Source: Octopus sinensis
Lineage: Eukaryota
DNA: 64,000 bases
NCBI RefSeq assembly: GCF_006345805.1
Contig: NC_043013.1
Span: forward strand, 23,436,001 to 23,500,000
Direction: 5' to 3'
Below are positions 39,131 through 53,782 of the stretch, in pieces. Below the pieces are notes generated by a model, which worked only from the letters and a program-made list of their open reading frames with translations, was not told the DNA's origin and did not search any database. Numbering within the stretch: position 1 is the first letter of the stretch; the number at the start of each line of letters is the position of its first letter. The position numbers and the translations under genes were made by a program.

Positions 39131-40705
39131 TAAGAACTTTAGAATTTATTAAAAAAAACATGTAACAATATAGCTACTTCCTTATAGTCTCTCTTATGAA
39201 TAGCATAGAGCTAAAACAATCAGGGCCCTTGATAACCTTTTATGATAATCAAACATCATTTGGCCAAACTTGCTCTTCAAAGATTGGGTTTCCTTTAAGA
39301 AGCAGAAAACTTTTCTATCTTGAACAACAGTTTGCTTTGCAAAGCATAAGTTTGTCCCATAGTAGAGGTCTGCTAATGCATCTACAACATGTATACACCC
39401 ACATTCTGGACCCCATCTAAAAATTACCCCCTTTTTCTTTTCAGATAAATTATAAAGCTCATTTGCTGCAAAACCATCACTTGACTCTTGATGTTTTGCT
39501 AGAGTTTATTCTTATACAAATATCTCAGTTAAACCGTTTCTTGTCTGCAGGGGCTTCAGATAACAATGAGCATAACTTAAGGGGAAATCAAATATTTAGA
39601 GGTTTCACTGCTGGCAGCAAACCAACAGATTTCCAAAGTAAACTGGGACACTAATCACAGAGTTTAGGCATGAGTAAAATATTAAAGAATTCTAAATTAT
39701 ATTATTTTGCATGCAAAAGCGAAAATAATATTGATGTTATTTGATATTGTTTTTATCAAATCAGTGGATCTGTCGAATGGAGCCAAGAGTTACAATATCT
39801 TGCAATAATGGTATGCTTGGGAAATTGCTTAGTGGCATTTTGTCTATCTTCACATTCTGAGTTTTGCTGTGGTCGACTTTGCCTTTCATCCTTTTGAGAC
39901 TGATAAAATAAGTACCAGCTGAATACTGGGGAAGATGTAATCGACTTTACCCCCCCCCACCCCAAATTGCTGGCCTTGTGCCAAAATTTGAAAGCAATGT
40001 TTAGTTACAACCTTTTACTTTCTAAATTCAAATACAACCAAAGTAAATTGTACTTTTTATCCTTCTTCCCTGACTGATAAAATAAGTACCTGTCATATAC
40101 TGGGGATTTCTGCAATCGACTACACCCCCCACTTCTTCTAAATTAAATGATTTCATAATTATATTAGAAACCAGTATCAGAGTTATCAAAGCAATTCATT
40201 CAAGACAGTTCTGTGTCTGTTTTAGTCTTTTTACTGCATCTTTTCGGAACCAACCAAATTATGAGCAAACAAATCACAAACAAACTAAATAATTCACTTC
40301 GTTATTAGAAAATCCCACTAATTGTCTCTACTACTTTAGCCCCTTCAGTATTCTAAACAACCATATTAGGCCCAAATGTTCTCTCTGTTTTACATTTCAA
40401 CTAGCCAGATCTGGTCACTCACACCTCGCCTACAATGCCATCCTAAAAATAAACACATCACTGGAATATTGAAGCTACAAGATAATATATGATAATATAT
40501 ATGATTAACTCAAAACAATGGAAATAAACAAGCCTTACATTTGACAGAATTGTCTGTATGCTAAACGGTTTAAATTTTCAATGTTTTAATTATTGCATAG
40601 ACTTTCATTTGTGTAGCTGTCAACTTAATTCATATTTGATTTAAGGCTGCAACAGTTTTTGCTAATATTCAGGCTTTTAAGTTGGAAATTATATATCTTC
40701 TTTAA

Positions 40706-40925
40706 CTCTTTAGTGTTTAAACCGGCCATATCCGGCCCAAATATTCTTCATGTTTTATATTCAAACTGGCGATATCTAGCCTCTCACACCTAACCTACAT
40801 TGACATTCTAAAAATAAACAATCACATCATTGAAATCTCAAAGCAGCAAGGCAATGATTGATTGATTAAAAGTAATTTGAGTAAAAAAATATTACAATTA
40901 ACAGAGTAATCTGAACACAAAAGGG
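40706..40925. mobile_element. piggyBac-type MITE family 2, opposite orientation
   Basis: Reverse complement of 17039-17258 with TTAA flanks. Related decayed or partial copies lie at ~40336-40572 and 60737-60840. Confidence 0.85.
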
Positions 40926-41165
40926 TTAAATATAAAATCTTTTCTTTTTTAAAAAAAAAAAAGGTCTGTTTATTTGAATTTAAAATTGTCCGGAGTTAAT
41001 TTTCAGAATGTCTGTAATTCGAGATGCCTAAACTTTTTTTTGTGTCACAGATGGAGGAGGCTTCAGCTTCTTTTGTTAGGGCAAAGGACACCAGTTCTGC
41101 TCACTGTACTTCTTTAGTCCTGAGGTCGACAGAAAACGCATGCAATCGTCTCTCAAGAGGTGACA

Positions 41166-41393
41166 AGGCGAGCTGGCAGAAACGTTAGCACGCCGGGCGA
41201 AATGCGTTGCCATATTTCGTCTGCCGTTACGTTCCGAGTTCAAATTCCGCCGAGGTCGACTTTGCCTTTCATCCTTCCGGGGTCAATAAATTAAGTACCA
41301 GTTACGCACTGGGGTCGATGTAATCGACTTAATCCCTTTGTCTGTCCTTGTTTGTCTCCTCTGTGTTTAGCCCCTTGTGGGTAGTAAAGAAAT
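41166..41393 (+). mobile_element. SINE family B copy
   Basis: High identity to the other B copies. Another copy lies at ~39790-39990. Confidence 0.85.
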
Positions 41394-41398
41394 ATATA

Positions 41399-41438
<40 letters not shown>

Positions 41439-42546
41439 TTCTGTGTGAGTTAGAGGTTGGGAAACCATCCATCTAAGGGATAGTACCTATCCAATATACT
41501 GCTGGTAGTGTACCCAATTATTTATACCCAAGTGCTAGTTATTGCGTGGCAATCTTGCAATAGTGTGTTATATATGGGCGGGGGGGTGTTTAAAAAGTGG
41601 TTGACCCTTAATTTATGCGGCAAATATCCTCTCCAATTTCTTATTTGTCATATATATGTATGTGTATATATTTATAGATCTCCCAGCCAAAATCTTGTGC
41701 AAAAAGTCTTTTAATCATGTAAGTGTTGGTCAAAAGGAATTTGCTTTGAAACCATATGCTTCCAGGTTCAATTCCACTGCATTACACTTTGGCCTTTAGC
41801 CTGCTATTTGCTGTCAGTGTTTATATACACTGAGGCCAAAAGTCCCAACAATCAGTTGTCCTGGAGTTACCTCTTCATGAGGACACAGGCCGCAGAATAA
41901 TGAACTCAAAAACAATCAACCCAACGAAATACAATTTCTGCTCTGCAGCACCTGGTATGCCTAAGGGCAAAACAAAACATGTGTTTTGCTTGATTCATTA
42001 TATATACATATTTGTGTGTGTGTGTGTGTGTATTCTCAAGAAAATTTGGAAAACGCCAGAACGTAAAGCGAGCAAGACAAATGAAAAGATACAAAATATA
42101 ATGATTAGTCACATACCAAGGTTTCATTGTCACCATTTACATTACCATTCTCACCCTACCATCTGTCCACAAATGCAACCAATACATTCTCAAATTTTCA
42201 TTCACACCACAAGACCCTTTCGAATGAACAGCACAGGATTCACGGCTTCATGACTAAACATGAGCTACTATTGGAACTTACATACCATGTACAGGAAACA
42301 TTTTTACCGCTTCTATGCACCATTTTCCTCATATAATGGAACTGCAACTACAATATCTTTATATATTTTATATTTTTATTTCTACTTTCTTTCTCTTATT
42401 TCCCTCTATATTCCCTATCTCCTCCTTTTCCATAATAATTCCTTAATTTGAACTCATAAATTTACCTCTGTTTAACCATCTCACATCGTTTCTGGTGAAG
42501 AGATATCCATTATATGTACATATATAGATATATATGTACGTATACA

Positions 42547-42586
<40 letters not shown>

Positions 42587-42677
42587 TAGATATATATGTA
42601 CGTATACATCTATATATATATATATATATATAGATATATATGTACACATATATATACATGCATACATATATTTATAC

Positions 42678-42711
<34 letters not shown>

Positions 42712-42746
42712 GCATATATGCATATATATAGATTTATATGCATACA

Positions 42747-42787
<41 letters not shown>

Positions 42788-42799
42788 CATATTTTTGGG

Positions 42800-43780
42800 A
42801 GAAAAACAAGTAGTAGTTGATAGCTTCCATTACCTAGGGGACCAAGTCAGTAGCAGGGGTGGATGCTCTGAAAGTGTAGCTGCTAGAATAAGAATAGCCT
42901 TGGCAAAGTTCAGAGGGCTCCTACCTCTGCTGGTGACACAGGGCCTCTCGCTCAGAGTAAAAGGTAGACTGTATGATGCATGTGTGTGAACAGCCATGCT
43001 ACATGACAGTGAAACATGGGCCATGACTGCTGAAGACATATGTAAGCTTGCAAGGAATGAAGCCAGTATATTCTGATGGATATGTAATGACAGTGTGTAA
43101 GCACCCTGAGAAAAAAGTTGGATTTAAGAAGCATTAGATGTGGTGTGCAAGAGAGATGACTGCACTGGTATGGTCATCTGTTGTACATGAATGAGGACAG
43201 CTGTGTGAAAAAGTGTCACACCCTAGCAGGAAAACCCGGGATGAGGTGGTGAAGCACAACCTTCGAATATTGGGCCTCACCGAGGCAATTGACTAGTGAC
43301 TGAGACCTTTGGAGATATGCTGTGCTAGAGAAGACCTGACAAGCCAAGTGAGGCCTATGCCAGTGGGGTAACCAGCTCATTTATGAATACCCTTCATTCA
43401 TTGGACTATAAACCTTGCTTGTGAAGACCTATTGAGGCAAGTGAAATCAAAATCACTGACATGGCCGACGACAGTACCGCCTGATTGGCACTCATGCCAG
43501 TGGAATGTTAAAAGAAGCATATCCAAGCGTGATCATTGCCAGGGCCACAGATTGGGTCCCATGCCGGTGACACATGAAAAGTACCAATCGAGTGTGATCT
43601 TTGCCAACATCGCCTTACTGGCACATGTAAAACAACATTCAAGCATGGTTGCCAGTGCCGTCGGACTGGCTCCCGTGCAGGTAGCATGTAAAAACACCTT
43701 TTGAGCATGGTTGTTGCCAGAACTGCCTGACTGGCCCTTGTGCCGGTGGCACATGAAAAACACCCACTACACTCTCAGCA
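42800..43780 (+). mobile_element. 3' portion of an RTE-like LINE (RT C-terminus plus 3' UTR with internal tandem repeats)
   Basis: [29 protein letters not shown]...RVKGRLYDACV is followed by a UTR containing gtgccggtggcacrtaaaagcacc-like repeats, shared with the dispersed tails below. Confidence 0.85.
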
Positions 43781-45936
43781 TAGAATAATGGTTTCATATA
43801 TTTTTATAATCAAATGACGATGATGATGATATATATATAATATATACAAACACATACGCACAAGCAAACAAACATAAACAGTGGTAGTTTAAGAGTTTTG
43901 TCTATTCTAAAACAGTTTATCAATAAACAGACGTTGCCTTCAGTATCATATTTCCATAGAATTCTTAAATACCCCTGAACAAGTAGAGCAGAACATACAG
44001 AAGACACCTTATACAATTTTATCTGTCAACAATCTGATAGAAAGCTGAACTGGATCTATTAAGTTCATGTGGATCTGGTGATTGTGATCAGCCTTGAAAC
44101 TTTGAAGGAAACGCAGAGCAATTTCCTGTGAAATTGCATGACTTACTGGCTAGGATGCTCAGCTCACGACTGTAGGATCATGAGTTGGATACAACACATA
44201 TCCTTGAGCAAGACTTTATTTCACATTGCTCAGCTGAAAAAAATGAGTTGTACCTGTGTTTCAAAGGGCCAACTTTGTCACATTCTGTCTCACACTTAAG
44301 GGTACACATGTTTGTGAAGTGCTCAGCCACTTGCACATTGACTTCACTTACAGGCTGTTCCATTGATTGAATCAACTGGGACGCTCATCGTTTTAACCGA
44401 GTGAGTGTCAGTATAAGGATTCCTTCTCTGGATTACCAAATAAAATGAGTTGTGCATTGGGTATTATTTTATAATCTGCCAATTTAAGGACAGTAATCTT
44501 TTCTACGGAGGATATGAATCACAATTTTTGAAACTTCTAAATGTTATCTCAATTAATTTTATATCTTCCAAGGTTTTAGAGGTCTTTTAATCAATGGTTG
44601 TCTTTAGTGCTTTTACTGTGAAAATTGCAATTCAAAATATATCTATGTCTCTATTGTAGTTGTTTGGAGTGCAATGTGGCCTTTTGGCTTGCCAGAGCTT
44701 GTCAAACTGTCCAATCCATGCCAGTATGGAAAATGGACCTTAAATGATGATGAGCATGGGTTAGACAATTTGACAGAATCCAGTAACCCATGGGACTACA
44801 TCATGTTCCATGTCAGCTGTGGCATGGTTTCTATGGTTGGATGCCTTTCCTAATCCTGACCACTTGGCAGTGTGGACTGGGTGCTTTTTATGTGGCTCCA
44901 GCACTTGTGAGGTCACCAGGACAGGAAAGAGGGAAAAAAGAAAAGCTGCCCCTTATCGGGGGTTGGTGGAGTATTTGAAAGGGTGGAAAGGAGGTTCTGT
45001 GCTGGGAACAAGCCCAATGGCTACCCTGCAATCTATCGTATAGAATCACTCACCTATGAGTAAAATAGATTAGAAATCTCTCATATTTTTTGTAAGTAGC
45101 ATTACTGGTCAGGTGTGTTTTGAGGTTAGTAATCTAGGGCTGAGGGTTTCAACTGATCCCTACAATGCTTATTTTATTAAAAATCTTCATTTTTAAAATT
45201 TTATTTTAATTATCCTTAGAGATAAGAAAAAAAATTGAAAAATTTACTTTAGGACTCCTGTGTGCTAACTAGGATTGAACCTGGCTCAGAATGTTCTTAC
45301 TACTGTCTACATACATCTGTACCCACAAGACTAATGAAGCAGCAACCCAGGCCCACTTCAATAACAATGTATTTAAATCCATTTCCAATTAAGTAGAAAT
45401 ATAGGCTCAGCTGTGGTCATAAGTTTAAGAAGCCCTTCCTGTAAGCATGGGGTTCTGGAATCAATCCTACTGCACAGCACCTTGGGCAGGTAAATGTCTT
45501 TTACTGTAGCCCCAGGTCGACCAATGCCCTGTGAGAACTCTTGGCAGATAGAAACTGTGTGGAAGCCCATTGCATACAAATACACATATGTATGTTTGTA
45601 TATATATATATATATATACAGTTTGTTTGAGTTTGTTGCACTGATGAACATAGAATGCATATTCTGCATTAATTGCGAAATCACAGGTGATATGTAACTA
45701 AATTCTTTTTTTAAATGATTTGCTTTGAAGTTTTGCATTCGGTAAAATTTTGTTTATTTTAGTAGTTTTGACCGCATTGGTCCCTCTTTAGCGTGTGGTA
45801 TCTACGAATAGTAGTACACTCAATATAATATAAATAAATATTTTCAAAGTGGAAAAATTTACGGATTTTTTCTCTTACGAGGTTTTTCACGCTAACTACT
45901 GATAATTTCTTTTAAAGATTTTATCCTCAATTGTTA

Positions 45937-45974
<38 letters not shown>

Positions 45975-46179
45975 TTCATTTTATATAGAGTTATATATAG
46001 AAATAATTTAGCATTAAACTGAGGAGTATATTCACTTTTTGAGGAGTACATGTTTATTGTACTATTATGAGGTCAAATTCATACAGTAGAATGACAAAAG
46101 CTAGCCGGCTGAAACTTCAAAGTTACTTTCACTTGTCTTCTCAAAAAAGCATACATATATATATATATATATATATATA

Positions 46180-46583
46180 GGCGCAGGAGTGGCTGTGTGA
46201 TAAGTAGCTTGCTAACCAACCACATGGTTCTGGGTTCAGTCCCACTGCGTGGCATCTTGGGCAAGTGTCTTCTGCTATAGCCCCGGGCCGACCAATGCCT
46301 TGTGAGTGGATTTGGTAGACGGAAACTGAAAGAAGCCTGTCGTATATATGTATATATATATATATATGTGTGTGTGTGTTTGTGTGTCTGTGTTTGTCCC
46401 CCTAGCATTGCTTGACAACCGATGCTGGTGTGTTTACGTCCCCGTCACTTAGCAGTTCGGCAAAAGAGACCGATAGAATAAGTACTGGGCTTACAAAGAA
46501 TAAGTCCCGGGATTGATTTGCTCAACCAAAGGCGGTGCTCCAGCATGGCTGCAGTCAAATGCCTGAAACAAGTAAAGGAGTAA
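46180..46583 (+). mobile_element. SINE family A, full-length copy
   Basis: Near-identical to the single-head part of 9645-10075. Confidence 0.88.
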
Positions 46584-46959
46584 ATATACATGTGTGTGTG
46601 TGTGCGCGCGCACACACACACACACACACAGGTGCTGAAAAGTTCCTGGCTTTGGGTAAAAGAAAATACAGAGCAATCAGCTCTCATATTCATGCACTTA
46701 TTGCAGCAGTCCTTCAGTTTTTCTAAGCCCTGTAAAAAGAAGAAACTTGGAAGGTTGGGCCTCCAGCCAGCCCTTTCATGATACCCTTAAAGCCAGGAAC
46801 TTTACTGCCCCACTTCAGCTATGTTTGTACAAGTGTGTGTGTGTATATATATTGCTCCAGCATAGCCGCAGTCAAATGACTGAAACAAGAAAAAAAAAAA
46901 AGGAGTATATATATATATATGTATCAATCCCAGAACTTTCTTGCCTATATCATAAACTG

Positions 46960-47251
46960 ACTTTTTAAGGGTTGACCAATCCTCCCCAATATCTGTAGCA
47001 TTCATTTCCTCTCGTAAAGTTCTCTTCATACTATTACACCTATGACGATCAACATTCAGTCTTTTAGGCAGGGTAATCCCTGCAGCCCGGATTTTATATT
47101 TTGTGACTAATTTCGCTTTTGCACGTACTAGGCGGTGGTCAGTCCAACACTCAGCTCCACGAAGAACATGAACACACTGCACATCCTGTTTGTCACACAC
47201 CCTAACAAGGATGTAATCCAGAATATGCCATTCTTTAGATGCAGGGTGCAT
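46960..47251 (-). mobile_element. RTE-clade LINE fragment (end of APE endonuclease plus linker)
   Basis: HPASKEWHILDYILVR...RGAECWTDHRLVRAK is the typical RTE endonuclease C-terminal signature. Confidence 0.85.
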
Positions 47252-47641
47252 CCATGTGGTCTTAAACTAATTGTTTTGTTGAAACATGGTATTGGTAACA
47301 CACAGATGCAGCTCCTCACACATCTGCATGTATGTTTGTATCTCCTTGTCTTGACATTGTTTAATAGTTGGAGATGATTGTCAGTGTCATGCATTTCCAA
47401 TTCTCTGCAAGAATACATTTGGTCATCGAGAAACATTGCCTTACTTGGAAACGGGCGAATGGTGGCAACAAGGACATCATGCCATAGAAAATCTGCTTCC
47501 AATAAATTCCATCTGACCGATGCCAACATGGGAAAGTAGATGTTCAAATGAAGATAAGGAATTAGTTTGTTTTCGCGTTAATAAGGCAGTGAGAGAAAAT
47601 ACAACTGAAAGGATCAAATCATATTGTCTCACATTCGTCAT

Positions 47642-47862
47642 ACTCTTTTACTTGTTTCAGTCATTTGACTGTGGCCATGCTGGAGCACTGCCTTTAGTCA
47701 AGCAAATCAATCCCAGGACTTATTCTTTGTGAGCCTAGTACTTATTCTATCGGTCTCTTTTGCTGAACCGCTAAATTACAGGAGATGTAAACACACCACC
47801 ATTGGTTGTCAAGCAATGTTGGGTGGACAAACACAGACACACAAACATATACACATACATAC

Positions 47863-47906
<44 letters not shown>

Positions 47907-48060
47907 GACGGGCTTCTTTCAGTTTCCATTTACCAAATCCACTCAAGGCTTTGGTCAGCCCGAGGCTATAGTAGAAACACTTGCCCAAGGTGCCACGCAG
48001 TGGGAATGAACCCAGAACCATGTGGTTGGTAAGCAAGCTACTTACCACACAGCCACTCCT
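47642..48060 (-). mobile_element. SINE family A copy
   Basis: Reverse complement of family A. Partial or decayed copies also lie at ~23330-23640, 45400-45600 and 59420-59575. Confidence 0.85.
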
Positions 48061-49513
48061 CTTATACTGAAGTTTTTGTCACTTTTGTCTAATTCCTCTA
48101 TTTTTTATTTTTCTTCATTAGTTTTAGCCATTAGATTGTGCCCATGCTGGAGTACTGTATTCAACGGGTTTTAGTTATTTATGTCACCCTCCAGTAAGTA
48201 GTTTGGTACTCATTTTATCAAACACTACTGAGTGGCCAAGTTTGCTGAAATACAAAAAAAAACCCAAAAAACAAAGTTTGATCACAGCAGGAAGACCTTT
48301 GCTTACAGGCCTGCTAGTCAGTCTTACACCCAACCTAAATCACTATCGCAACACACACAACAGGCTTCTGCACATTCTCCATTTATCAAATTTCACTCAC
48401 AAAGCCTCTATTTTCGTTACAAATGTAATCTACAACACTATAATTTTTACTGATCATCAAGCACTGGATTTTAACCATTTACAAATATGTTTCAAGATTT
48501 TGAAACTTTTCTTTCTTTTTGTCCCGTTTCATGTTTTATATCTCAAATGCTTTTTCTGTCTTTGTTGGTTTTAAAACAGGACATATTAATATGAGATCCA
48601 CCATTTCCTGTCAAAATGTCATGTTGAGTAATTTGTTGCTTTTTATTTTTGCATATCACAAATTAATAAGTTCTTTTCTTCTTTTCACAGAGTAAGAAGA
48701 AAAATCACCATTAGTGATTGACTGTCAAATGACTGGGTACTGTCTGGTGTACCCCTATTGACCTGGGAGCTGCCCAGTGGTGATTCTTGCTACCTGTCTG
48801 ATGAGTGTTCACCAATACCACAAGTTTTAGTTTGTTTCAGCAAGAATCTCCACTCACATTGCACAGTCATTCTTCTGCCCTCTGAGCTGTTGACTACTTT
48901 CGTTTTAAATTCAACAACAGAGCTCCTATGACAACTTTGAATTCTTCATAATGAAATTGGTAATAATAATAATGGTAAATATGAATGAGAATAGGTTGCC
49001 TTTAAAAAGTTTTGTCCTTTTATCTAATACATTATATCACAAAAAAAAACAAAGTCCAGAATAACGAAACAGTTGTAATAACAACACTAAATAGTAGTTG
49101 TAATTAAAATAATTATTATTATTACTATTGGTGTGTATAGTAAAAATGTGTTTCAGTTTTTCCTACATCTATTGATACACACTTTTGGGCATCTCATCCA
49201 TATTGTTTCCTTGAATCTCTGAGTGTTTCAGGTTTTACAACATACCCCTTGATCCGTTTGGGTTGAGTTGTACAGAAGAGAACTAAGAACCGTCTCTATG
49301 TAAAGAGCAATCATCAGCATTCTGACATTGACCATCCAAAATCTCCATTGTAAGTTATTTCTGTCTCCTGTTTGGTCTAAGATGTTGATATTGCATCAGT
49401 TAAAACTACAGCGCAATTGTATAGGCTTCTTTGAAATAATGGATCTAGAATAAAAAAAAAAAAGGCAAACAAAACCAAGGGCTAAACAGATACCCCAAAT
49501 ATATAACTACATG

Positions 49514-49553
<40 letters not shown>

Positions 49554-50310
49554 ATACGATCGTTAATTTAAAAGCTAAATAACGATTTTATCAAGTGGTC
49601 AGCATGGAAAAAATAACCTTCAAAGGTAATAATTATTAAAATTATAAATTAGGGTATCTATGAGATACCCTAATTTATAATTTTTATATATATATATAAT
49701 TTCCTGTCGTAGTGTGTAGAACTTGCTTTCTTTTGAGGGTTATTTTTTTTCATCCAAAGAAATTGAAAATAATTTACTTTTCTCTGTAAAAAGTGTGTGG
49801 GTGTATATAAAGGGTGCATTTACCTGGCATGTGTGTGTGTGTGTGTGTATAAAGGGTGCATTTGCCGGGCACATGAAGTGCAAGGCTTTTAGATTCCAGT
49901 GTGTGTGTGAGCTTCACTCTCTCTCTCGACATATTGCTCTCCCTACACAAGACATTCTGCTCTTGTTTAATGCTTCATAATGCTATGCTTCTATAAGAAA
50001 TAATATCACAAGCACACAGACATATATATATATATATGTTGTGTGCATGTATATATAATATATTTATATATATTTTATATGCAGACATTAGATAGAATGT
50101 AAGCAACCAGAAATTCACAAGTGTTGCTTGCTCTTTCGTTCTATCTGTTTATACATGAAACTATTTAATATTCAAATATTCATATTTACATTGAACATTG
50201 AAAATTGTATTCTTTGAACAATCTTAGCTTAATCAATAAATATATTATTAATTCAATATACATTCAAACTGTATTAGACAGACAGACATAATGTGGTTTA
50301 TATATATATA

Positions 50311-50824
50311 AACTGAAAAAAAATTTGGAGTCAACAAGAAGGAATATGCTTGGACATTTATTTTTCAATCACTACAATTGTCTCTACGCAATGTAGTTCT
50401 CCAGGTGTGCAGGTCCTCGATTATACAACCGTTTTCCTGCATTATGAGATCTAGTTGTGTTCCCTCAAGTGATATGTAAATATTGTCCTCCTAAATTCAA
50501 AATCTTGGTTTCAAGAACATCCTGTCTGTTGAAGGACTGTTGCCAATGGTCTTTCAGTAACAACACACTTTGATAAACTCAGTGGCTACTACTAAATTCA
50601 GCCCACAACTGACAGAGGATGTTCTTGAAGCTGAGAATTTGAACTTTCAGAGACAATATTCATATATCACCTGAAGAAACACAACTAGATCTCATAATGC
50701 AGGGAAACAGTTGCATAATGAAGTACCTGCAAGTCTGGATAACTATGTTGCATAGAAACAATTGTAGTGGTTGAAAAATAAATGTCCACCTGTACTCCTT
50801 GTTGATGCCAAATTTTTCCAATTA
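50311..50824. repeat. ~510-bp imperfect palindrome (fold-back/MITE-like)
   Basis: Arms 50311-50531 and 50606-50824 are reverse complements, roughly 80% identical by eye, with 26-bp and 18-bp perfect blocks. No TSD recognised. Confidence 0.9.
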
Positions 50825-50977
50825 TCTATTCACACATTACAGATCCTCCCCTCAAAAATCTGGAAGTATGTAAAATACTACAACTGGATAGCAAAGGGTG
50901 AAATCTGAAGGTGGACAAGCTTTATACTGTACTCTACTATGTTCTTTACAGAAAATACCATAACTATCTCTCTCTCT

Positions 50978-51011
<34 letters not shown>

Positions 51012-53782
51012 TAAATTAGAGATAAAACCACTATTAGGCAACTGTGAAATTTGATTTAATCCTAAATCTAATTTTTCCCTGTAAGTTTGGATATACTCCC
51101 TAATATTATTATATATATGTATATATATAATATATATTTATAATCCTAATGTAAAATATATAGGTTTTATATATATATAGCAGACTTTGTGTGTGTGTGT
51201 GTGTACATGTTTGAATGTATGCGAGTTTAATTTATTTTCAAAGTTACCCTAGTCACTCATTTGAAAAGAAAAGAGGAAGTAAAACTTTGATAACCATTTG
51301 TGTTAAGCTTTTTCAAGAATATAATTGACCTTGTATTTTTCCTCCTCCATGTTTTTTCTTCCAATCTTCATTATTCCTCATTATACTCACTCACCATTAT
51401 AAACACTGTAGCTCAGCTTTAAATTATTTACACACAATGTACAAATCATAATTCAAAAGAAATTATTAAAAAAGTATATATATATATATATGGACAAAAA
51501 ACTGTATTTTATTTTTTTTAATTACATTTTTTTAACAATTTTTTTTCTTTATTATTATCATTTGATGTTTAAAATAAATCTTGCAGTCTAAACTTCCAGA
51601 GATCTTTCATTAATTTTTTTTTGTTGTTGTTTTGTTCAGCTTTTTTTTGTTGTCATTTTTTGTAAGGATTTAACCAAAAATTGCATGCTGAAATAGGTGA
51701 GTAATACAACATAACAAAATCACTTAGAACATTTAAATCATGTTATTGTATTGATCAATGTTCCTGCAGTAGCTAGTGGGAGCACTATGTAATTACATGT
51801 TTTGTTTATGGTGCAAGAGAGAAAATTCATTTTGGAGCAATGAAATATCAAGACAAAAAAAAAAAAAAATCTTAAGTTTGAAACACCAAATATTAATTCT
51901 CCATGCTCAGATGCGTTTACTGCTTTATAGCACGGTTGATAGCCTTTGAAAAAGATACGCACTAGTTACTTCAGACTCTAGTGCTTGTATAACTGTTCCT
52001 TATCACAGAAAAACCTCCAATGAGATGTTTTACCAGGTTGGCTTGCTGTATATATATTTCTCTGGAATCATTTAACCCACCTTGTTGTACGGATACCAGT
52101 GAACACTTTGTCCAGTTGCTGGGTCAGATAGTTTAGCAGAACTCATCCAGCAGCATACTTTTTACATTCACTTTTTCCATGCTGGCATTGATTAGATGAC
52201 ACCAAGGACGTAGTGAATGGCTGGAAGCTGTTTCTGTTACCAGACTTTACCTGCTTTTTAAATAAGCTATGATTTTTATTCCACAGGTCTTCACATGTCA
52301 AAACTGCCAGGCTACAGAATATATTGTTTACAAGAGATGCAAACACAACTGTTGTCCACACGGTGTCAACGCAGATCTTCATGTAAACACTTACTCGTTC
52401 ATACACAGAGGCTTCTGTACAGTTTCCGCCTTCCAATTTCCCTGACAAAGCATTGGTGAGTCTAAGGTTATTGTAGAAGCCACTTGGCCAAAGTGCCATA
52501 CAGTGGGATGGAATCTGAAACTTGGATGATTACAAAGTGAACTTCATTACTTCAATGCCATATCTGTGCTGATGCATCATCACCATCGTCATTTAACATC
52601 CGTTTTCCATGCTGGGATGGTTTGACTGGAGTCGGCAAGGCTGTGAGCTGTACCCGGTTCCATTGCCTGTTTCGGCAGGATTTCTACAACTGAATATCCT
52701 GCCTAACTCCAATCACTTTACAGAGTGTACTGGGTACCGCTGCAGTACCAACAGTCATCAAGTACCTTGCAAAACAAAAGCCATTTCCACAAGAGAAAGC
52801 AAATTCAATGAGACATGTCAGCAAAACATTCACCATTTTTAAAGTAGAATCAGTCTTGACAAGAAATGTAGCACTTCATTACAGTCACAGACTGTTTGAG
52901 AAAAAAAGTTTCTTGACTATGAACACAATACAGTAGCAGACATAAGAAAGTTTGGTCTCTCTGCTGATCCACTCCCTTAGGGAATCAGACTTCCATATTA
53001 TTACACGAAGACAATATTTCCAGTAACACTGCAATGGCGCAATAGTTTATGAGACTGACAGCTGCACAACTACCACCAGGTCATACGGCAGTCACTAAAT
53101 ATCCAGGTATACTCTGAAGAGTAACAGTTTATAGTTTGGATATTGTCAATGATTTTTCTCAGATGACTTAAAATATAATTAAAATAGGAACAAAGTCTCT
53201 GTATTGTAAAGGCAAGCTTAAGATTTCTCTGCTTGCAACTGACGAACTTCAGATGTTTTACATATTCTCCTTCATTATCCTCTCCACACATTCGTGCTTA
53301 GATACAATAACGAGTAGTGTAAGTATATCGTCGACTAATTTATTGCCTTAAATAGTCTTTTCACTGTTTACATGTGGTCAGCTGCCACTATAATCTGTGG
53401 CCCGAGCTGACAAGTGTCTTGGGGTGATATACACATGAGGAAGACAATTTGGATTATTGATTTTTTTGTAAAACCACGGGCATGGCTGTGTGCTTAACTA
53501 ATTTGTTTCATAACAATTTGGTTCCAGGTTTAACCCCACTGTGCTTCTGCGAAATTTATTAGGCTGAAACTGAGTAGAAGCCGCTGTGTGTACATATTTA
53601 CATTACATATGTATGTATCTTCGAGAGTGAGAGAGAAAAGTGTAAAGTGGGGCAATATATACATACAGCAAAATGTTGCCATTAAACTAGTGCTATTTAT
53701 CCACTCAAGTTGCATATATACACATTGGTTATTCTGGGAATGTGGATGAAGTGAATCAAAGCTTGGCCCATTATTCGCAAAA

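Noticed and set aside
49376-49446. Minus-strand acceptor followed by DPLFQRSLYNCAVVLTDAISTS*
   Set aside because: Too short to evaluate, with no upstream exon found.
51667-51696. 30-nt microexon candidate on + (GFNQKLHAEI) with a GTGAGT donor
   Set aside because: Weak AAG acceptor, and no host gene could be assembled around it.
53070-53291. 73-aa minus-strand ORF near a slightly CpG-richer patch, as the start of a third gene
   Set aside because: No recognisable homology and no linked exons. Length is within chance expectation.
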